Assembly (NCBI RefSeq): GCF_006345805.1 | Contig: NC_043017.1 | Span: 6,448,001 to 6,512,000, forward strand | Source of the DNA: Octopus sinensis | Lineage: Eukaryota | Reading direction: 5' to 3' | Length of the DNA stretch: 64,000 nucleotides | Shown: positions 25,501-37,904 of the stretch, in pieces | Layout of the letters: each line of letters starts with the position of its first letter | Numbering within the stretch: position 1 is the first letter of the stretch | The notes under the pieces: generated by a model | Told to the model about the DNA's origin: nothing | Databases searched by the model: none | What the model saw: only the letters and a program-made list of their open reading frames with translations | Position numbers and translations under genes: made by a program

Positions 25501-25548
25501 AGACCTGTATCACAGTGATTTCATACTTACGTAATCATCAGCAGGCCT
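25501..25548 (-). ncRNA. Type I hammerhead ribozyme, inverted copy
   Basis: Exact reverse complement of 25881-25928. Confidence 0.8.
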
Positions 25549-25880
25549 GAATGTATTATAAATAAACAACGACCCTGCCCTGCTTAAGCCGATCATCTAA
25601 CTGCTCGACATCAACGAAGCACATGGGTGAGTTTACATATATTACAATCCGGATAAATGGCAAACTTTTACGAATTGCATTTCGGGAGAGGAAAAGTTTT
25701 TTCGGAATAAAAATTTAGCATTAAGGACACTACTTAATAAGAAAACTTAACAAGAAATTGTCAGGTAGATAGCGTAAAAACCTCATAAGAGAAAAAATTT
25801 CGAAAATAATTATTTCTTATTGAACATATTAATTTATATATAGAGGGCAATTTATAATATTGTTTATTTATAATACATTC

Positions 25881-25928
25881 AGGCCTGCTGATGATTACGT
25901 AAGTATGAAATCACTGTGATACAGGTCT
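25881..25928 (+). ncRNA. Type I hammerhead ribozyme
   Basis: AGGCCUG CUGAUGA UUAC GUAA GUAU GAAA UCACUGUGA UA CAGGUCU; 7-bp stem I; predicted cleavage after 25921. Confidence 0.8.
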
Positions 25929-26358
25929 ATATTTTTTAAATGTTTTACTTTGAAAAATTGCATTCGGTGGGATTAGTAATATTTTTGGTAGAAATGACTA
26001 ATTGTCCCTCTTAGCGTTTGGCATGTGTATATATAATGCCTTCTGGCATGTATATATAATGCCCTCTATATATAAATTAATATGTTCAATAAGAAATAAT
26101 TATTTTCGAAATTTTTTCTCTTATGAGGTTTTTACGCTATCTACCTGACAATTTCTTGTTAAGTTTTCCTTATTAAGTAGTTGTCCTTAATTGCTAAATT
26201 TTTATTCCGAAAAACTTTTCCTCTCCCGAAATGCAATTCGTAAAAGTTTGCCATTTATCCGGATGTAATATATGTAAACTCACCCATGTGCGTCTTATGT
26301 CGAGCAGTTAGCTGATCGGCTTAAGCGGGGCAGGTCGTTGTTTATTCATAATACATTC

Positions 26359-26406
26359 AGGCCTGCTGATGATTACGTAAGTATGAAATCACTGTGATAC
26401 AGGTCT
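26359..26406 (+). ncRNA. Type I hammerhead ribozyme, second tandem copy
   Basis: Identical to 25881-25928; predicted cleavage after 26399. Confidence 0.8.
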
Positions 26407-26556
26407 ATATTTTTAAATGTTTTACTTTGAAAAAATGCATTCGGTGGGATTAGTATATTTTTTGGTAGAAATGACTAATTGTCCCTCTTAGCGTTTGGCA
26501 TGTGTATATATAATGCCTTCTGGCATGTATATATAATGCCCTCTATATATAAATAG

Positions 26557-26608
<52 letters not shown>

Positions 26609-27226
26609 ATATGTCTTACCTTCAAAACCACCAATCTTGCCATTCCTGGTCGAAATGATAATTTATCCTGCCATTGATCAAGTTGAAAGCAAGACACTTT
26701 GTGAGTTGTCCTTTGAGCAAAGAAGGAACGCTTGTAAAGAATAAGGATGAAACAAAAACACGTTACGATTTAAAGGTAGACCATCAGACAGCCAGGAAAC
26801 CATTAACACCTGGTTGACGTCTGCTTGACATCGAATTATGGCTGTAAGTGTGGGAAATGTTCATTTGTGTCTATTTGGCACACCATTGCCTCGAAAGAGG
26901 TAAACTTTAGGCACAGTTCCAAACAACAAACTAAAGATGTAGAGGACGATTAGAGCTACAAGATTCGAAAGAAAGAGTCATTGGACCCTACGATAATATT
27001 ATATTCGTTCAAATAATATTGGAAAGAAACGAACGTATTTATCTCCCTGCCCAATATACATAAATACACATACATAGAATCATACATACATACATACATA
27101 CATACATACATACATACATACATACATACATACATACATACTCCAGTATCTTCCAGATTATGTCTAGGCATGCTATGGGACGATAGATCCCCAAAAAATT
27201 CCCCTTTCTTCTATCATTCATAATAA

Positions 27227-27260
<34 letters not shown>

Positions 27261-27731
27261 TATGAAAATTCTGTCTGTGTGGGCTCCCCATATTCCGGTC
27301 TACATTCAGCATTTGGATTTGATTTAAAAACATTTGCATTACTATTTTTAGCAGGCAAAGCTTGGTAGGCCTTTTAGAAATTTCTTTCTCAGAAAACAAG
27401 GGAGATATGAATGATATTTGCACCGTCAATTTCTGTTGAGATTTTGGGACAAAATGACCGTTAGTTGGAATTCAACTTGGGACTGAAACAACAGAATGAT
27501 TGCATTATAGAATTAATACTCATAAGTTCTTCACTTCTGATCAAACACCACCGGGGCATATAGTCATATTGGACGTACTATAGTCATGCGATTTTCCTCT
27601 CTGCAACACCGAGCTTCACGCAGTGCGGCTTCTAAGTATGTATGTATGTATGTACATACACACACACACACGCCATACACACACACACACACACACACGC
27701 ACTCACACACACGCACGCACACACACACACG

Positions 27732-27773
<42 letters not shown>

Positions 27774-27838
27774 CGTATATATATCAACATCATTGTAAGC
27801 GCAAGACTCTATCTGTCTCTGTTTATTTCTAATTCCAG

Positions 27839-27934
27839 GATGATTTAAAAGAACTGCTGAAGAAAGCACGGTCCTTTCCATGCATAAGATCAACAAATGA
27901 TCGTCGGAGATTGAACTACGGCGAAGAGAAATAA
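27839..27934 (+). CDS. GPCR-A coding exon 3 (helix 8, C-tail: [31 protein letters not shown])
   Basis: tttctaattccag|GATGATTTAAAA, phase 0, homologous to the paralog's exon 3. Confidence 0.8.
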   Translation, partial: DDLKELLKKARSFPCIRSTNDRRRLNYGEEK

Positions 27935-28267
27935 TTTAGGGGAATTGAAGAATAAGGAACTCAATCTTTGAACTTTGAGGGGAAAAAAATGGTCGTCCTA
28001 GCTGATTGATGGCAAAGGAAACGTGATTCCGAGGGAGAGATAATTTTGTTAATATCTCAGGAACAGAAGTAATTTCGGGCAAAGATTAAGTGAAACATTA
28101 TACATTTCGCTCAGCACCAACCTTAAAATACGCGCATGCGCGCGCGCACACACACACATATACACACACACACACACATATATATATATATTAAGGCGGT
28201 GCTCCAGGATGGTCGCAGTTAAATGACTGAAACAAGTATAAAAGAATAAAAGAATGTATACATACAG

Positions 28268-28315
<48 letters not shown>

Positions 28316-28389
28316 ATATACTAATAATAACTCAAAGATGGAATAATTAAATGCATCACGACGCTTATTTCCTAATGTAACATGTTGCT

Positions 28390-28735
28390 TTTGACTATAA
28401 TCCGGATCCATAGCACGATTACAATTTAATATTACCGTGCACATATGAACTCTTTCTCCAATCCAAATTCTAAATCTTCTATATCCTTATCAACTTATAT
28501 ACACAACCTCAAATCTCAAAGTGTTTCCTTTACTCCATCTTTTACTCTATATTGCAGAATTGTAATTTTAACGAGTTTTGACTATTTATCACCTGGCGAG
28601 ATACATCTGCACCACCAGGTTCTCCTGAACCTGTTGTTGAGTGAGCCACCCGTGAGGGATCGATGCTAGTTGTGTCGAAACAAATGTAATCAATAATAAA
28701 TTCTCGTATATTCCATCTTCCGCATTTCATTTACC
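28390..28735 (+). mobile_element. Degenerate Penelope GIY-YIG fragment with decayed HHR-like motif
   Basis: HMNSFSNPNSKSSISLSTYIHNLK resembles HxxSF...STxLSKYIWxL; CUGGCGA GAUAC...GUGUC GAAAC AAAU GUA at ~28593-28688. Confidence 0.5.
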
Positions 28736-30299
28736 ATTTGTGTGTGTGTGTGTATATATATATATGTGTGTGTGTGTGTGTGCGCGCGCGCGTGTGTGTG
28801 TGTGTGTATGTTTATGTAAGTGTATGCATATCTATATGTATGTATATCTATATGCATATAGATGTACGTATATCTATATGCATATATATGTGCGTGTGTG
28901 TATATATATGTAGTATTTTTTTACTTGTTCCAGTCGTTTGGCTGTGGCCATGCTGGAGCAATGACTTTTTAGTCGAAGAAATCGACCTTTTGTAAGCCTG
29001 TGGCTTATTCTATAGGTCTCTTCTGCCGATCCACTAAGTTAATGGGACGTAAGCACGAAAACGCGCATACGCACACACATGCGAAGGGCTTCCATAGTTT
29101 CCGCTAGCCAAATCCACCCACAAGGCGATAACAGAAGTCACGGGTCCAAGGTGTAAGTCAGGGGTATTAAACCTGAAATCACGTAGTTGTAAAGTGAGTG
29201 TCTTAACGACACAGCCATGCCACAGCCTATACGTAGTAGAACCTTTGAACTTTTCCTCTTCTTAGGAGATTTTCGATAGAGTAGCCCCTTACTACAATCA
29301 AACCGTAGCATATAAATGGTTCAAGAAGAAAGTTTTATACACCTTACTGGATCTGCCCTCTCAGTCCAGGCATAACATCAGTGTAAACTAATACGGTATC
29401 TAAATAAATGTTAATATTATTCTGGGTAAAAATTCCCGGATTTTCTTCAGAAGCATTTCCTGACAAATCAAATGTTCACAAAAGATTTCAATAAGCGCTT
29501 CGTGATAATAAATTACAGCTGCGTAGCGTATCCAAAGTTAAGCCTACAAAACACAGCAACCCGGTTGATCATGCAGAAATACAGACCCTTGTTATTTAAG
29601 TCATACGTGTAACAAATATATCGATTAGGTACGAAGATGAAATTACATCAACAATTTCAAAATATACAACACAAAAGAATAATTACATAAGTATGACTGA
29701 AGAGCAATTCAAAGTAAGATTTCACAACCACACCTGATCTTTCTGACACGTTGACAAGAGAAAATTGTCAGCATTAACCAACCACATCGAGAAACTAAGA
29801 AACCATAGCATTAATGTTAGTACCAAGTGAATGGTGTTTTAATGATTGCAATCATGCAGAAACGGAGCAAGAAAATGCAGGCCTTGCAGAACGGAAAGAA
29901 CAAACATCTTACCTAAAGTAAAGAATTCGATGAAGTGTTTAAACATTAAAAACAAGATCGTCAGAACGAATCCCCATGACGTTAAATTCCACCGAGTTGG
30001 AAATTTTTTCCATCACCTGGCTATCCTCTTTCCGTATTTAAACATTTGGTAGCGCAGTGAAAGGAGACTTGCATTCAAGGCCGTTACTTGTAAACTAAAT
30101 AAAAAAAAAGCAAAGTTAACCTGGGTAAGATTTGAACACAGAGCGCATAGACACACAATCAAACACTACGGGTTATTTTGTTAGACATTCTTGCAATTCT
30201 TAGATAAGATAGAAATGATTAGGTCGTGTACGAAACAGCAAGAAGGATAAAACCTCTAAAAAAACTGTTCGTGTGTTCGCTAAATGTGCAAGAGTCATA

Positions 30300-30462
30300 G
30301 GCGCAGGAGTGGCTGTGTGGTAAGTAGCTTGCTAACCAACCACATGGTTCCGGGTTCAGTCCCACTGCGTGGCACCTTGGGCAAGTGTCTTCTGCTATAG
30401 CCCCGGGCCGACCAATGCCTTGTGAGTGGATTTGGTAGACGGAAACTGAAAGAAACCTGTCG

Positions 30463-30493
<31 letters not shown>

Positions 30494-30662
30494 GTGTGTG
30501 TTTGTGTTTGTCCCCCTACCATTGCCTGACAACCGATGCTGGTGTGCTTATGTCCCCGTTACTTGGCGGTTCGGCAAAAGAGACCGATAGAATAAGTACT
30601 AAAGGCGGTGCCCCAGCATGGCCGCAGTCAAATGACTGAAACAAGTAAAAGAGTAAAGAGTA
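30300..30662 (+). mobile_element. SINE family B
   Basis: Full head to GACTGAAACAAGTAAAAGAG tail. Confidence 0.85.
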
Positions 30663-31291
30663 AAGGAGAGAGTCAGCAGCGAATTCTCCTTCTAATCGCA
30701 ATCTACTGCCTTAAAAAAGAAGAAATAAAGGACATAATAAATAATGTAGTCCTAGATAGATTATGCCAGAATAAATGACAGGATGATCACGGTTGGAAAA
30801 CTTCCATTAATCATAGGTCTGTTCAAACAGAGCTAACCAGGAGCAAAACACTAGCTACAACAACAACAAAAACAACCAAAAAAACGGTGTAAATACAAAC
30901 AGTAAAGCTTCAACATGTTAGATGTTGCTTCCTTTGGTAGAAAACCTTCAGAAGCAGAGACACAGTATTGTTTTCAGTAGCATTGATCTTTCTACGAAGG
31001 AAGTCTTTGTTGCGTTGTTTAGTCAAACGTGTAATAGTTACAATAGCTTTAGGCTGCACGCACCGTTTCTCTTGATTTGTCTTCATCAGAACACAGTAAA
31101 ATAAAGTTGATATCTTTGTTAACCGCTTTGCCGTTTGGGTGGAAATATCTTCAAACTTCTTTCGATATTCCTTTTTGCTTTGAGATTCTTTTAAACTTTC
31201 TTGACTTTATACTTCCTTCCTAAATATTATTTAAATATTGATGGTGTCGTAAATTTGTGTAGTATCATATATACATACATACATACATACA

Positions 31292-31323
<32 letters not shown>

Positions 31324-31592
31324 GATATATACATGTATATATGTGTTAGTTTTTTAAAACTATTAGCCAAATATGTATAATAACTGTGCTTATTAATATT
31401 AATATATACACTGATATATATTTTGTTTTATTTTGTTTTGTTTACCTTGCATTATTGTACCAATGAGTATTATATTATATAAGTGTAGCATTATGAAGTT
31501 TATGCATAAGTTTTTATATTTTACATTTTTTATATTTTTATATTTATATGTATTGGAAAAATAATTTTTTTCACAATTATAACAAATTTAAT

Positions 31593-31702
31593 TCTCTGAA
31601 GAGGCCGTGGGGCATCCTTGTTAATGCCTCATTTATACCTGCCTTTATGGCTTATAGGTTAAATGAGGTATGACTGCCCTCGCTGCCGAAACAGCTGTCA
31701 GA
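31593..31702 (+). ncRNA. Type I HHR with canonical core and long stem II
   Basis: UCU CUGAAGA GGC...GCC GAAA C AGCU G UC AGA; internal hairpin AUGCCUCAUUUA/UAAAUGAGGUAU. Confidence 0.7.
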
Positions 31703-32082
31703 TATGATTTAATTACATATTATATTTGAAATTTTATACTTATATCTCTTTGTCTATTTACATTTACTGTATATTTTGTATAATGCCTTTACTGATATGT
31801 AATGGTGTAATAAAGTATTGTTTGGGTATCATCTGATAGTTGATGTTTTATTGATTTAAGTATGTTTCTCCATTTTCTAATTTTGTAGTTATATATATAT
31901 ATATATATATCAATTCGTTTTGCAAGATTACTGATGTGGAATGGTGTGTTGAAGCAGATATTGTATTATTTCGAGAGATGATTTTTTCTTTACCAATAGT
32001 GCGTGTTTCTATTTAGAAAAAATGTCCATCCTGAAATACAATTGATACACACACACAAGCACACACACACATATTTATATGT

Positions 32083-32113
<31 letters not shown>

Positions 32114-32536
32114 GTGTGTGTGCGTGTGTGTTTGTGTGTGTGTGTGTGTGTGTACGTCAGCAATATATGTGTGTAGTAGGCTAATATGGTCCTAGGGTGT
32201 TTAGGAGTGTGTGGTAGCAGTAGCAGATATCGCAGTATCATATTGTCGCTCAGACTATCGTGTGTTTTTATACATTGCCAGTCACAATGCGCTTCGCATA
32301 CTTTTTAAGCTTACAAATAGACGCCACTCCTCTGGCTAGGCGAGCAAGCCAACATTTTCCCTTGATCGGAAGGCGACCATTTACAACAGCATGGACTGGA
32401 GCAGCGGCAAAGGAAGTGTCTTGCTCAAGAACACAGCGCGACAACCTGTGGGGGGAATCTAGCCGACGATCTTACGATCGTGAGGCTAAAACCCTAACCA
32501 CTAAGCTACTAGGTAACAGATATTTGAATCTAAAAT

Positions 32537-32710
32537 TATTTTCTTTCCTACTCTAGGCACAAGGTCCGAAATTTTGGGGGAGAGAGGCAGTCGATTAGAT
32601 CGACTCCAGTACGCAACTGGTACTTAATTTATCAACTCCCAAAGGATGAAAGGTAAAGTCGACCTCGGTGGAATTTGAACTCTGAACGTAAAGAGAGACG
32701 AAATACATAT
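32537..32710 (-). mobile_element. SINE family C, partial
   Basis: Reverse complement of GAGTTCAAATTCC.CCGAGGTCGACTTT.CCTTTCATCC. Confidence 0.7.
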
Positions 32711-34546
32711 TTCTTGGATTCTACTACTTATTCTATCAGTCTCTTTTGCCAGAGTTTCACGTTCCCGTTCGTGAAACTCAGAGTAACAGCTTTTGTTATA
32801 TTTCTGCTGCTTTTAAATAAAGTATATATATATATATATATATATATAATTCAAATGTACAGAAAACATAAGACGAAAACAGGGGAATCAACAACAAGCA
32901 GCTTTATTAGTTTAATACTCGAGAAGAATGGAAAAGTCTTTGGTGTTATTAATCCAAACAAGTGGAAATATAGCAGCAATGAGATTAAGAATGCACATAT
33001 ATTCAAATTAATTAGAATGTAGTTAGATTTTAAAATATGGGAACAGGAATGCATATAACTGGTTTCGTAGTAGATTTTCAAAATTGTATGAAACTGTTTG
33101 ATGCATGCTGTCTTGTTTCTCTGGCGGTTATTATAAAACTAATTTGTATTTAATTTATAGAATGTGGCTCCAAACGCTGTTCATTTTCGTAAAAATATAC
33201 TGGTGAATGTTCATGTGGCAGTCACTCGAGAAATTCTCATAAAAGCTTTTCTCCATTGAATATGTCATAAGTCAGTTAGAAAAGAGCGATTTGAATAAAT
33301 TAGGAATTACAACCGTGTTTCGTGGTCTGCTACCACAACAGCTCCTTTATAGGATCCAGTTAGCTCAAGACATCATCAGGAGGAACCACGTCCGGTTTCG
33401 GCCCCTACTCCTCTGCCGTTTTGACGTGGCGCCCCCCCCCCCTTTCAGAGGTGTCTTCAGCTCAGGTGTTGAGTGCATGTCTCCTTTCTTCTTCTTTCTT
33501 CTGTTCCCTGGCCTCCTCGATGTATCGTCAGCGAGTGTCAGCCGGTGACTGACTGTCTTGTCAATTTTTTTCCTTTTAAATACCTGCCACATAGGCTCCA
33601 GCAGGCAGCCCCAGCAAGTTGTCACGTGACACTGTCTCACCGTAACTGACTAGTGAAGGCGCGTAGTTTTAGCCCGCGCTTTTTCTAAACGACCGTCACC
33701 TATCAGTCAGCTTGTCTCACCTAATGATGTATTCCGCTGTGTTTTCTCTCTCGTTTTTGGTCAAGTGTAATAAATACTGAAACTTGACTTTAATTAATAA
33801 TATATAATTGAATACGTAAAAATGTTATAGATACTTATTGTTTGTTGTTCTGTGGAAGAATGATGCTATCCATTAGCACTAGTTCACTCCCATTGAACAT
33901 GTTGAAACATATCCCTTCTTTGTTTACACGGTGTAAGATAAGTAAGACGACAAGGTGTGTATTAAATAAAATAGATGATAGCTGCTATATGAATTTCGTG
34001 TTTTCTTAAGAATGAGCGCGGGCAGTTCTACATGATAAATTTTTACGATAATTATTCAGAGTAAAACTTGTCACAAAAAGCGAATTTCGGCTGGTTATAC
34101 TCGAGATTGCTCCAATGTGGCCAGTCCAAAGGAAAACAATAAGCTCAGAGCATTACATTCCGTGGAAGAAAGCACCATATGTATACGAAAACAAGGACGG
34201 GAAAAAAAAGAGAAATGTTACACAAATACAAATAACAGGACATAACAATAGGTGTCTTTCGACTAAAGACGAATTAAATTAAGCTGACGTGTGTTGAAGT
34301 AAATCCTTATAGCAAGGACATAAGATTTAAGAAGCACAGGAGGGAATATAGATGTTGCACGGACAGTAGTCCAACCAAGAAAGAAAGGTCAGGCCTGGCT
34401 GAACACTGGTCACATGAGGAGAGAAGAGATACATACATATATATATATAACAGGAAGATTTACGAAAATAAACAAAAGACGAAGGCAGGTGGAGTACAAA
34501 CAATCAATTGTATTAGTATGGCGCTCAGGAATAGAACTAAAACAAG

Positions 34547-34584
34547 TCTTTTACGTTTCGAGCCTACGCTCTTCAACAGAAAGA
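34547..34584 (-). ncRNA. Minimal HHR-like motif, core variant CUGUUGA
   Basis: UCUUU CUGUUGA A GAGC GUAG GCUC GAAA CG UA AAAGA; 5-bp stem I. Confidence 0.55.
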
Positions 34585-34799
34585 TACACAGAAAAGAAAC
34601 ACGTAGAGAAACAAGGAGAGAAAAAATGCGTGGAGGAGCTAACGAATCAACATGGCGGTCTGATTTCGGCCAGAAGTCAGAGATCAGACGTTAGACGCAA
34701 GAGGGATAGTAGGGGAGATAACAAGGTCAAATGACCTCGCCCCAACATAAGGGTGCGTGTGTGTATGAGAGAGTATGTATGTGCGTATGAAAGGTCTGG

Positions 34800-35340
34800 A
34801 TGGGTGTTGGGGTAGAGTGGGGGTTGTGGGTAGAGTGAAAGGGGGACAGAAGAGAGAGGGAGGAGTGGAGGAGGGAGAAGAGAGATGAGGGGGGGAGGAA
34901 GAGAGATGAGGGGGAGGGAGAGAGATGAGGGGGAGGGAAGAGAGGATATGAGCGGGAGGGAGAGGGGAGAGGGGTGAGAGGGGAGAGGGGAGAGGAGGAG
35001 GAGAGATTAGATGTGTGGTTGAGGGGGGAAAAGGAAGGAGAGGAGAGGAGAGAGGGAAGGGAGGGGGGAAGAAAGAAGGAGAGGAGAGGGAAGGGGAGGG
35101 AAAGAGGGGGAGGGAGAAGGAAGGAGAGGAGAAGAGGAGGGAGATGGGAAAGGGGGAAGAGGAGGTGGGGATGGGAAAGGAGGGGAGAGAAGGGGAGTGA
35201 GGGATCAGAGAGAAAGAGAGCAGGCGAAGAGGGAAGAAGAAAGAGGAAAGAAGAGGAGGGAAAGAGAGTGGGGTGAAAAGATGAAGGACTGAAGATAAGT
35301 AGGAGTCGGGGGGGGGGTTAGATGAGAAGGGGGAGTTGAG
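34800..35340. repeat. Polypurine (GA/GGA-rich) low-complexity tract
   Basis: Direct reading. Confidence 0.9.
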
Positions 35341-35701
35341 ACCAAATGGCGTAAAAGAGCGAAGAGAGAAGATTAATTCCTGTTCACGGCATGTATAATA
35401 AATACATTTATAAATGTATATTATGTATGTATATATGTATGTACGTTTGTATGCATGTATGTGTGTGCACCAGCGTGTTTTATGGGAGGCTTAAAAGGAA
35501 TTGTAGAACGTTTTATTTGTAGTCCTAAATTTTTTACACGAAATGACTTCTGTCCTTTGGATACCGATAGACCTGTCTTTCCTGTAGAACAACTTGGCAT
35601 TGCAATCAGCCAGGACAAGAATTTTTTTTCCTCGAAGTCTGAAGATTAATTTTTTTCAACTTAAATTCTTCGAAAGTAATTTTCTTCACAGTAGCTGAAT
35701 C

Positions 35702-35779
35702 CTATGACGTATATGTTGTTGATGCTGATCTTACGGACGATAAGAGTCGTAATTTCTTGAAGAGATTTTTTAAATCATC
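35702..35779 (-). CDS. GPCR-B coding exon 3 (DDLKNLFKKLRLLSSVRSASTTYTS*)
   Basis: ttctacttgcag|GATGATTTAAAA, phase 0, homologous to 27839-27934. Confidence 0.8.
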   Translation of the reverse strand, partial: DDLKNLFKKLRLLSSVRSASTTYTS

Positions 35780-36047
35780 CTGCAAGTAGAATTAAACATA
35801 CAGATCAACACAGATACGCATACATGGATGTTTATAAATATATATATATATATACACACACACACATGGATGCATACATATATATTTAAACATACATACA
35901 TGCATACATACGTAGATATACACACATATACATACACACATGCACACATACATGCATACATACACACATACATATATACATACGTACGTACAAAATAAAG
36001 TATGAAATATACACGGAGAGAAAACCACCATGTGGATTTTTTACATG

Positions 36048-36200
36048 CTTAGAGATAAAACCACTATTAGGCAAATCAAACAGTGAAAATCATAAGCCAA
36101 TACATAGAAAAAAATTAATTAAAAAATATAAAATATAAAATTCCAAATTAAAATTTTTAAAATTATTTAAATAATTTAAACTTATAAATTTTAAATATAT
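36048..36200 (-). mobile_element. Solo terminal fragment of the Penelope pLTR family at 10521
   Basis: TTAGAGATAAAACCACTATTAGGCAAATCAAACAGTGAAAA matches the pLTR end. Confidence 0.8.
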
Positions 36201-36677
36201 ATATATATTTTTTATTATTATTATTTATTATTTTATTTTATTTTATTTTATTTTTTTATTATAATTATTTTTTTATTTTATTTTTTATTATCATTATTTT
36301 ATTATTATTTTACTTTACTTTATTATTATTATTTATGATTTTATTTTATTTTTTAATTATTTTTATTATTTTATTTTATTTCATTTTTTTAATTATTATT
36401 ATTTTTATTATTATTTTATTATTTTATTTTTTATTATTATTTTATTATTTTATTTATTTTATTTTTTATTATTATTTACTTTATTATTTTATTTTTTTAT
36501 TTATTATTATTTTAATATTTTATTTTATTTTATTTTATTTTATTATTATTATTATTTTATTACTTTATTTTTTTAAATTATTTTTATTATTATTATTTTT
36601 TTATTTTATTTTATTTTATTTTATTATTATTATTATATTATTATTTCATTTTATTTTATACATATATATATATATAA

Positions 36678-37066
36678 AACTAATGTAGGATAAAATTCTT
36701 TTCGAAAAAAAAAAATTATCAATGGCCAGTATATCAAAAAATACCTTTAAAGTTAAATTTATAAACAACTTACAAAATAAGGCCAAAAAATTCTAATACC
36801 AAATATGGCGCAAAAAAGACAAAATTGTCAATAACCATTATAATTTATAATTTAATGGTTATTGACAATGTTGTCTTTTTATCGGCATATTTGGCATTAG
36901 AATCTTTTTTTTTGACCTTATTTTGTAAGTTTTATATATATATATATATATATATACAAAATAAGGGCAAAATTATTTATAAATTTCACCTTTAAAGGTA
37001 TTTTTGATATGCTGGCGATTAATAAAATTTTTTCTCGAAAAAATTTTTTTTTATCCTACATTAGTT
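36678..37066. repeat. ~390-bp imperfect palindrome (foldback element)
   Basis: Ends AACTAATGTAGGATAAAA / TTTTATCCTACATTAGTT; centre near 36845. Confidence 0.85.
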
Positions 37067-37551
37067 ATATATATAATATATATATATATATATATGCTCA
37101 CATATTCATAAATGGGATGGGGAGATAACTTCGTTTCTTTCTAAATTATTTGAATGGACACATTAAATATTCTTCTTTAATTATGTAGCTCTAATCTTCC
37201 TGTACATCTAATATTTTCCCTCTGTGAGATTTGAATAAGGTTTACCTCTTTTCAGACAATGGCGTACCAAATAGACAAGACTAACAATTTTTGATGCTTA
37301 TAACTCTTTGCTTCCAGTCATGATCGTTTGATGTCAATTTTACTCAATGGGCGAGGTCCCGAAACTTAGAGCATAGGTTTCACATATGCTGAACGAAAGA
37401 GACAAACTTCAGTGCTTCTCTATCGCCACCACCTTTCATGCTCGGCTCCAAGCTACTCGTGGACACAACAGAAGCTTCGTTACTCCTATCCCACGGGCAA
37501 TGAATAATAGAGTTTTTACATCAAAATGTGTGTATATATATATATATATAT

Positions 37552-37598
<47 letters not shown>

Positions 37599-37712
37599 TA
37601 CATGTATATATAATATAATACAATATAATATATATATATATAGATAGATATATAGATTGACTGACAGAAACATAATATATATATATATATATATATATAT
37701 ACATGCATTGTA

Positions 37713-37761
<49 letters not shown>

Positions 37762-37904
37762 TGAGTGTATTTTACCTTGTTAACAATTAACACGGAAAAA
37801 TAAATAAATAGTTACCAGGGCAGCAAAAATCTCACAAGTAAAGATGTTGTAACTCCTTGTTTATAAAGGTTGAAATTCGTGTTTACGTTGAATATTTTGA
37901 ATAA

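Larger units (their letters stand above)
25235..26554. mobile_element. ORF-less tandem-plus-inverted array of a ~478-nt HHR-bearing unit (retrozyme-like)
   Basis: Arm 25235-25849 is inverted relative to arm 25860-26554; HHRs at 25501-25548 (-), 25881-25928 (+) and 26359-26406 (+); (TA)n flanks. Confidence 0.85.

Noticed and set aside
31040-31095. Minus-strand CTGATGA...GAAAC as a hammerhead
   Set aside because: Stems I and II cannot form
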